From: Octopus vulgaris
Taxonomy: Eukaryota
NCBI GenBank assembly: GCA_951406725.2
Contig: OX597819.1
Span: 69,502,001 to 69,566,000 of the forward strand
DNA length: 64,000 bases
Direction of reading: 5' to 3'
The position numbers and the translations under genes were made by a program. The notes below the pieces were generated by a model. The model was given only the letters and a program-made list of their open reading frames with translations. It had not been told where the DNA came from and did no database searches. Position 1 is the stretch's first letter. Each line of letters starts with the position of its first letter. Positions 55,918-64,000 of this stretch are shown here, piece by piece.

Positions 55918-56265
55918 AACATATTAAGCAGGAAAGTTCCAGACAGAGAATTCACAGTGTATAAAAGAATAAAATGATAGATAGAAGAATAAAGACAGGA
56001 GAATAAAGTTCACGGTTTATCTTGTTCAGGAGGGTGTGGAACATCAGTTGTCACGCGATGGTACAGGAACAAACACAGACACAAACACACAAATATTTAC
56101 AAAACACAAACTAACACACTAAACGCGAATCTTGAAATAAACTGAACAATGGCACATATACACTCAGACACACACACACATACATATATAAATGTATATA
56201 TACATATACATATATGTACGCATGTATACATATACATATACATATATATATATATATATACATAT

Positions 56266-56297
<32 letters not shown>

Positions 56298-56323
56298 GCA
56301 TATAGAGGGGGACAGACAAGTTG

Positions 56324-56414
<91 letters not shown>

Positions 56415-57300
56415 CTATCACATATTTTTATCATCGGTATTTATATGTGAAGAGTAGGATGCTAACAGCTTGTGGTGAACATGAATATTTTTGTAGCCTC
56501 GATTGAAAATATTCGCTCAATCTCAAGTCTGATATTTCCGAAGATATCAAACCAAGTGACTACGAATGATATGTTATAATTATAATGTCGATTCCGTGTT
56601 TCCATTCTTAACAAACACAGATGCAATATAGCGGTTACCTTGCATTGTTATCCATGAATCGGTTTGACCTGTCAAAGAAAATGTACGATTGCAAAGGACA
56701 AAATGTCATTCTGAAGGAGAGAAATGTGTTTTATGCATACTTATGCTGCTGATTCTATGCAAAGAATTCTTGGATTATTAATAAGAGATTTATATCCAGT
56801 CGAAGGGAGCACATATATTTATCCCACAAATCCGAACTTAATCTGACTTTCATGGAGATTCTCTATAATTTTCCATTGACAATCAACTTTTGCTTCCGCA
56901 GAGGCCATGAAATTCGTTTTTTCTTTTTCCTCTGGTTTATTCTCGAACCCAGTCAATTTTTTTGTAATTCTGATTTGTCTTATATACAGTTTTCATGAGA
57001 ATAATTTGCCTTGTCTTAGGATTTATTTTCAAAACTGGACGTCTGTTTGCGTAAATGTCACAATGAATGTATATACACATATATATTTTTCAGTTTGACT
57101 GTTGAATAGTAAATATTGTTCATTGTTCAACAAGTCCTCCAACAAACTAGATACCAGATCACCTTTCCTTCCTCAACCACGATTTACTTTAATTAGAAGA
57201 AGATATACTATGTTACTCTTCATAGAGAAATCTCGAATACATATTCTCAAACTACAAATGTATTGTTACGTGGTGTGTTAAAATCAACTCTCTCTCTCTT

Positions 57301-57373
<73 letters not shown>

Positions 57374-58478
57374 AAGGAATACTTGAGCATTTCTACTTGC
57401 AGCCCTATATTTTTTTTTCTATTGAAAAAACGAAATTATAAAAATTGATAATATATATGTGTGCATGCGTGTGTATGTGTATGTGTGTTCGTAAAAGAAG
57501 GGCGAAAGAAGGTATTGTTCTTCTTGCCCTTCTCCCCTCTTCTCTGCTTGTCACGCCCCTATTATAACATCAATTATAAGGTAATGTGATTATCTTTTAG
57601 ATTTTAGTTGAAATATTTTAACAAATGTCTTATTGCTGAACAAATAATTTTTAATGATAAACAATAAAGAACACAAAGAATTTTTAAAATTCATTTCGTG
57701 AAAAAAATCTAACATGTTTTCTGTTCGTGTAGATTCCGATTCAATTGGAATTCATAGTGAAAATAATATTTAAGCTACGGAGTACCTTCTCAATCACCAC
57801 CGTTTCTTGAAACTCGCTTACATATCATTAGTAAGAACACGTAACCTTTACGCTTATTTTATACTTGTATGAATCATCTTACACTGCAAAATAAAATCAG
57901 TGATGATTGTTCGCTAATCTTCTGAACTTCCATTTTTATCCAAAGATTTGCCGAACTGTGGGTAACTGATTTAATTTTGTATCGGACAAAGCGGAACGGC
58001 GCAGAAACATATGTGTCGTACGATCACGTGACATCACTAATAGACAAAAAGAAAATACTTATTGACGCAAGTGTAACTGGAGAAGTTTCTCCTCAAGCTA
58101 TTCCTACAGCGTCAGGTCTTATCAAGGCCGAGTACAATCGAACGTGTTAAACATGACTACACTAATATACGTATAATATTCGTCTAAAGGAACTCGGTCG
58201 ATTTGCAAACCTGGCTTATGAAGGATTAGAATTTGAAGCACAACCTAACAGGCAACGATATTGTTTTGCCAATGTAGTTTCCCAAAGTAGACTTCACACA
58301 ATTTATTCAATTAATAGACGACAACGTTTTCAAAATTAGGCTAATCATTGCCTAATTAACTCAGAATGCTATTGTCGAGGGAACAATATTAAACCATTAA
58401 CACATAAATTCTAAAAGTTCTAAATTCACTGCAACATTATATATAGATGTGCGTGCATATGTCTATATCTCTGTGTGC

Positions 58479-58562
<84 letters not shown>

Positions 58563-58597
58563 TATATATACATACTCATATTATATATATTCATACG

Positions 58598-58647
<50 letters not shown>

Positions 58648-58666
58648 CACACACACAGACAGACAT

Positions 58667-58731
<65 letters not shown>

Positions 58732-58750
58732 CACACACACAGACAGACAT

Positions 58751-58811
<61 letters not shown>

Positions 58812-59636
58812 TGTATGTATGTATATGCATATATGAATGCACGTATGTATGTGTGAATATGTATATATGCATGTCTGTCACTCTAAAGTTAATATGGATG
58901 AGGAGAATAAGGGCAAGAGTACTTTTAAGAAGTCCATTTTAAATCCAGGGAAGAATATGTCTCTCGCTCATCTGCTTACCGTGATGAATTAAGAACTAAC
59001 CTACCTTTTGGTAAAAAAAATCCACTACTTTTATTTAGTATAGAAACACGACCAATGAAATATGCTTAAATATACAGAGATTCTTGACAAGATCAATTAA
59101 TGAATACATAAATATAACAAAGGAAAATGAATAAATATTCATTCTCTTCAATCTTCATTAATTATATTTTTACACTGTGTGACGCGTGCAGCAAATGTTG
59201 TTACGGAAATTGGATTTGCAGTGTACCTAATATCATTTAACAAGTTAGGATTGTGCTGATTGCTTTACTGATTGGATGATAGATTGAGAATATTTCTTCA
59301 GCATTCCTCCAGAGAATCCTGTTAGCGAAACACAAGATGGTTTACTGCTCGGTCGTAACCACGATCATTGAGATACGCTCAAATTGATATATGTATGTAT
59401 ATGTGTGTGCGTCTTTGTGTTTGTGTTTATTTGTGTGTGTGTGTGTGTGTGTATGTGTTTGTGCGTGTGTATGTTTATGAATTTGTGTTACACGATTCCT
59501 GATGCGAAACAGCGTGTTGAAACAGGTATTATGCCATTTCGGGATGGTCATCTTTCTTTGTTTTTTTTTGCTGTTTCTATTTTTTTTTTGTCATATAAAC
59601 CCACGCGCTATATATTCGTTCTACACACGTTTATTA

Positions 59637-59805
59637 CAGTTCTATATTTAAGAGATGGGGAATTATTTACATTATTCACATTTGACGGATATTTGTCCTC
59701 ATCTTGTTTGTTGTTAACACAACATTTCGGCTGTACTCCCCATCCTTCATCAGGTCTCTTGGGAAAATTTCGAACCTGGATTCTCATTCCTAAGGTATTT
59801 TTCGA

Positions 59806-59900
<95 letters not shown>

Positions 59901-60133
59901 TCACTCCCTGGAATCGCACTCGGAATATTTGGATTAGTAGCCCGCGCTCTTAACCACTACGGCATATGCCCGTGGGCATATCGAAAAATACCATAGGAAT
60001 GAGAACCCAGGTTCGAAATTTCCCCAAGATACCTGATGAAGATTGGAGTGGGAGTGTATATCAGCGGAAACGTTGTGTTAACAACAAACAAGATGAGGAC
60101 AAATATTCGTCAAATGTAACTAATGTAAATAAT
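59637..60133. mobile_element. Family E, most complete locus: minus-strand tRNA head-(TAA)n-HHR-tail, plus an inverted HHR arm at its 5' side
   Basis: Head 59897-59980 (minus); HHR minus 59716-59757 and plus 60028-60079, both with CTGATGA and GAAA intact. Confidence 0.88.
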
Positions 60134-60499
60134 GCCGTTTATTACTGTTCTTATTATAACTCATTCCATTTTCCGTGAAATCTTTCGTCACACATCTGTG
60201 GTCTCTTCAGTGACACTTTCCGCCTTCGTGTGTGCCCTTGTTCCACTTATCTCATTCCATATATACAGAAATTATTAAGGAGGCTATTCATAATTTACAA
60301 CCGAAAGGTAACAAGTATAGTCGTCACTAAAGTGACGGAGGTTGCTAGTGATCCCCAGTATTGCTAGAAATGAGAGTCAAGGCAACTATTAGCCAAGTGA
60401 GAGCACTTTTCTAACGACTGTCAAACACTGCTAAGATTTCAGCTCATACCAGACAAAACTAAACGATTCAAAGTATACTCTGTTACAGCACATATCAAT

Positions 60500-60991
60500 T
60501 TGGCATTTAATCTCTTTCGAAGTAGTCCTCTTCTGAAGCCAAACACGTTATCCGGTGTTGTTTCCGTTTCATGAGAGCATTCCTCGAACTCTGTAGCGAT
60601 AGCGAGCAGCTGCTTCTTTGCATTCTCTTGGATTTCCTCGATGTCTTGGAATCTTGTGAAATCCACTGCGAAAATTCAGCCTTTGTTTCAGCGGAATATC
60701 CATGAAACCAAGTTTCGTCACCCGTTATGAGAGTTTACAAAAGGTTTCCGTCTTCCACGACACAATCACACAGATCCCGCGCAGCTGAAGCCCTATCTTC
60801 TTTTTGAGACGACCACAATCTACACTTTACTTCCTAGCACTGCTATATACAACGGAAGTGAGCGAGAATGTTATAACTTAGTGTGCATGCGCAACAGAGT
60901 CCAAGGTCAATCCGTGCCAAGCAGCTTTCCCCTGCGTAATTTAGCTCCGTTACTGTAGCAATAGCCCCGATAGTTTTTGATCAGGCCTCGT
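60500..60991 (-). mobile_element. Internally deleted mariner element
   Basis: TIR-like ACGAGGCCTGATCAAAAACTATCGGG at 60991; minus-strand LITGDETWFHGY (first catalytic D) joined to RFQDIEEIQENAKKQL..EEDYFE. Confidence 0.8.
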
Positions 60992-61546
60992 TCAGCAATT
61001 TCTACTTCTTGAATGCCTTCTCGTCAACTTCAGCTGAAGGAATTGATAAGAAAGTAAAGTAAACATGGCTACAGATATGCATCAATACCGAATCTCCTTT
61101 TTCATTTAATTTCAAGAACAAAACCCAATAGGAATTTATAATATATTCAGTTTGTTCCATGACCAGTTTCGTTCAGTGGAACAAACTCGCCTCAAATATC
61201 AGATATCACAAGTACAATAATAACGATTCACTGATATTATATAAGAAGAAACAAACACATTATACTTACGCTTTAAAGTAAAGCGTCAGGAGGTTACAGA
61301 ACATAATATATGGATTTAAATGCTTACCGCAGGAAACATAGATTTCATATGTTTGACTCCGAGGAAGGTATAAGGTGTCGCACATTACTCATCTCTGAGT
61401 CGAATGTATCTTAGAGATGTAACAGCATTCGAAACTCCGAGTACTGTTATGACAACCCTTTACTGTTTGCTCTAATTTATGACATATATGAATAATTCTT
61501 TATTTCTCTAATATCGTGATCTCATTCTTTTGTTGTTACATTTTAT

Positions 61547-62107
61547 TAAGATGAAAATTGTTTTTATGTTCGCCGCCGGCAAGCATCTTTGCCAGTATAT
61601 ATAGAGAGAGTGAGGCTTTACTATAGCGTCATATATACTCGACTGCTATTTCGAGTAAATATTGGTGCATTATTGTACCACTATTCTATATTTATACTTT
61701 AACCTGGTGGCGCTTTGGGAAGCAATACCACTGCATTGCACTATTAGATAATTTTTTTCTTTGAAAACCTTTTCACTGTTCTCGGTCTGTAAACGGCCAG
61801 GCGTTCAGACGAGTATACTGGAAATGATGTAGCAACATTCGAAATTAAGTGTAGATGAATCTAGTCGAAGGGAACTAATAAAATTTACGTTAACAAACGT
61901 AATTTGGAGATTTTGAAACCTAGGTCCTAGCTGATCCACATCTGGGTTGTACATTTCTTTAATGTTCTTCCTACAGGTAAGATGAAATTTTTAATGTTCG
62001 CCGCCCGCAAACATCTTCGACTGTATATATATTTAGCGTCGTATATTATCGACTGCTATTTCCAGTAAATATTGGTGCATTGTTGGACCACTATTCTATA
62101 TTTATAC
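61547..62107. repeat. Diverged direct repeats of ~130-150 bp (61547-61697 and 61979-62107)
   Basis: Shared ATGTTCGCCGCC..CGACTGCTATTTC.AGTAAATATTGGTGCATT..CCACTATTCTATATTTATAC. Confidence 0.8.
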
Positions 62108-62621
62108 AGACACATGCACGCACGCGAGTGCAGAAATGCATTTAACGCTGATTTTCGGAAGAGTGAGTACTCAATACAACATTAGAGATTAATATTTTTT
62201 GTGAGATTGAGTCAGTTTGTTACTACTCAAGCAATTCGTTTTGCATTCACAGCGTTATCAGGTAAGTTATGTCATGAATTGTCTGACTCAGTCTAAATCG
62301 TTATTTGAGTACGAAATGGAAAAGGAAATCGTTCCGAGTAAGCTACAGGCATACGCATATACTTTAACTCTGAATTCACTGCTTCCTATGACAGAAACAG
62401 CTGCAAGCTAATGAAGTTGATTACGTTGTTCCAGTTCCCTTGTCCTGTGTTTAATTTCATATATATATATATATGTTTATGTACGTGAGAGAGAAAGGGA
62501 GAGAGGAAGTGATAGAGAGAGTGTGTGTGTGTGTGTGTTCGTGTGTGTGCTTATATGTACGACTTTCCTCGTCTGTACTCCTGTCGTAAGGCTTCACTTT
62601 CACACATGCCAGCTTAAGTTA

Positions 62622-63310
62622 ATTCGTCCTTAGTCGAAAGACACTTGTTGTTAATGTCTTGTTTGCATTTGTAATTGTGTACCACTTCTCCGTTTTTTTT
62701 TACGTTCTTGTTTTCGTATACATTCACTTGCTTTCTTCAAAAGAATCTAGTGCTCTTAGCTTAGATTTTCTTGGGGTTAGCCAAATTGGAACAGTCTCGA
62801 ATGTAACCGGCCGAAACTGCAAAGACAACCTGGAACTCGAGTGAGGATAGGAAACTCCGAATAACCCGACCTTGTTTTTTCCTGTTTTTTTTGTATCGAC
62901 TAATTGTCCGGATGTTTTGTTGTCGCCTGTTACGTTCTTTATATGTATATGTGTGTGTGTATGTGAGTGTTTAGAACCCGTTACTAGTCTACCGTTTTTT
63001 CGTACTTGTTTTCGTATGCATTCGCTTGTCTTCTTCCAAAGAATCTAGTGCTCTTAGCTTAGATTTTCTTGGGACCGGGTGGATTGGAGCAGTCTTGAGT
63101 GTAACCAGCCGAAATTGCAAAGACGATCTGGAACTCGACTGAGGATAGGAAGCTCCGAATGACCCGTCCTTGTCTTTTCCTGTCCTTTCCTGTACCGTCT
63201 AACTGTCCGGATGTTTTGGTGCCTGTTACGTTCTTGTTCCATTTATTGTTTTCTGTATGTGTATATATATATTTGTGTGTGTGTGTGTGTTTAGAACCCG
63301 TTAATAGTCT
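62622..63310. repeat. Two tandem ~320-bp units of a dispersed repeat family
   Basis: AAAGAATCTAGTGCTCTTAGCTTAGATTTTCTTGGG..TTAGAACCCGTTA occurs twice; third copy at 45405. Confidence 0.85.
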
Positions 63311-63667
63311 CTCTACCGACAGCAGTCACGTCCTTTACAGCAATGGTCAGTTGAAACACGCTATCACAGATCACTGATGTTAAACCGCTTTGCAAACAAA
63401 CTGAATTAACCAGCAACATTAACATCAAGGACGACCACTGTCAGCTTAATTAACACTCACAATTAACGAACAGTGAAAGAATTATGCTTCATCGATGACA
63501 TCGGCAATCATTATCAACTTCAAAGGCAACACCAATAACCGAAGCAGAGTTAATTACTCAAATACTAATCCATAATCCACGACTAAAAGCTTTGGTGTAT
63601 GGTTAACAACACTTCTTCTAATCAATGTATTCTGAAATTCCTACTAAGTCCTGTAAGAGCTATAACT

Positions 63668-64000
63668 ACAGGAGTTGCTGTGTGGTAAGAAGCTTGCTTC
63701 CAAAACTCATAGTCCTAGATTCAGTCCCACTGTGTGACACATTGAGCAAGTATCTCTACTATAGCCTCAGGCCGACCAAAGCCTTGTGAGTGGATTTGGT
63801 AGACGGAAACTGAAAGAAGTTCGTCGTAAACGCGGAGTAGATAAAACAGGGGGCAAATGATGATGGGAATATTCTTTATGTTGCATGTCTTGCATATATA
63901 TATATACATAATTATATATAAACATATGTATGTAGGCGCCAACATGGTCGCATGGTAAGAGGCTTGCTCCCAATCACATGGTCCCGGGTTCAGTTCCACA
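63668..64000 (+). mobile_element. Two SINE family B 5' portions (second runs off the window)
   Basis: CAGGAGTTGCTGTGTGGTAAG..GGATTTGGTAGACGGAAACTG; second head from 63934. Confidence 0.8.

Noticed and set aside
60170-60218. Minus-strand CTGAAGA..GAAA-GATT-TC motif
   Set aside because: Stem I does not pair and stem II is broken; not counted among the HHR candidates

Overview
Eukaryotic, AT-rich, microsatellite-saturated DNA with no recognisable host protein-coding exon. The SINE families and a mitochondrial 12S-like fragment suggest an octopod cephalopod; this is an inference and was not searched. Almost all ORFs in the track are translations of simple repeats. The identifiable content is mobile DNA: four or five tRNA-derived SINE families; two degenerate Penelope-like elements (RT + GIY-YIG); fragments of R4/Dong-like, CRE-like and CR1/L2-like non-LTR retrotransposons; several mariner remnants; Helitron-like elements; fold-back MITEs; a putative 12S rRNA NUMT beside a 100-N gap. 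The main hidden signal is RNA-level: about 17 type I hammerhead-ribozyme (HHR) motifs, intact or degenerate, on both strands. Eight belong to a five-locus non-autonomous family that joins a tRNA-like Pol III head, a triplet microsatellite and a minimal HHR. Three of those five loci are fold-backs carrying an HHR on each strand, as expected for Penelope-type mobilisation. A pre-miRNA-like hairpin and several near-perfect palindromes are also present. Element boundaries were read by eye and are approximate unless motif coordinates are given.
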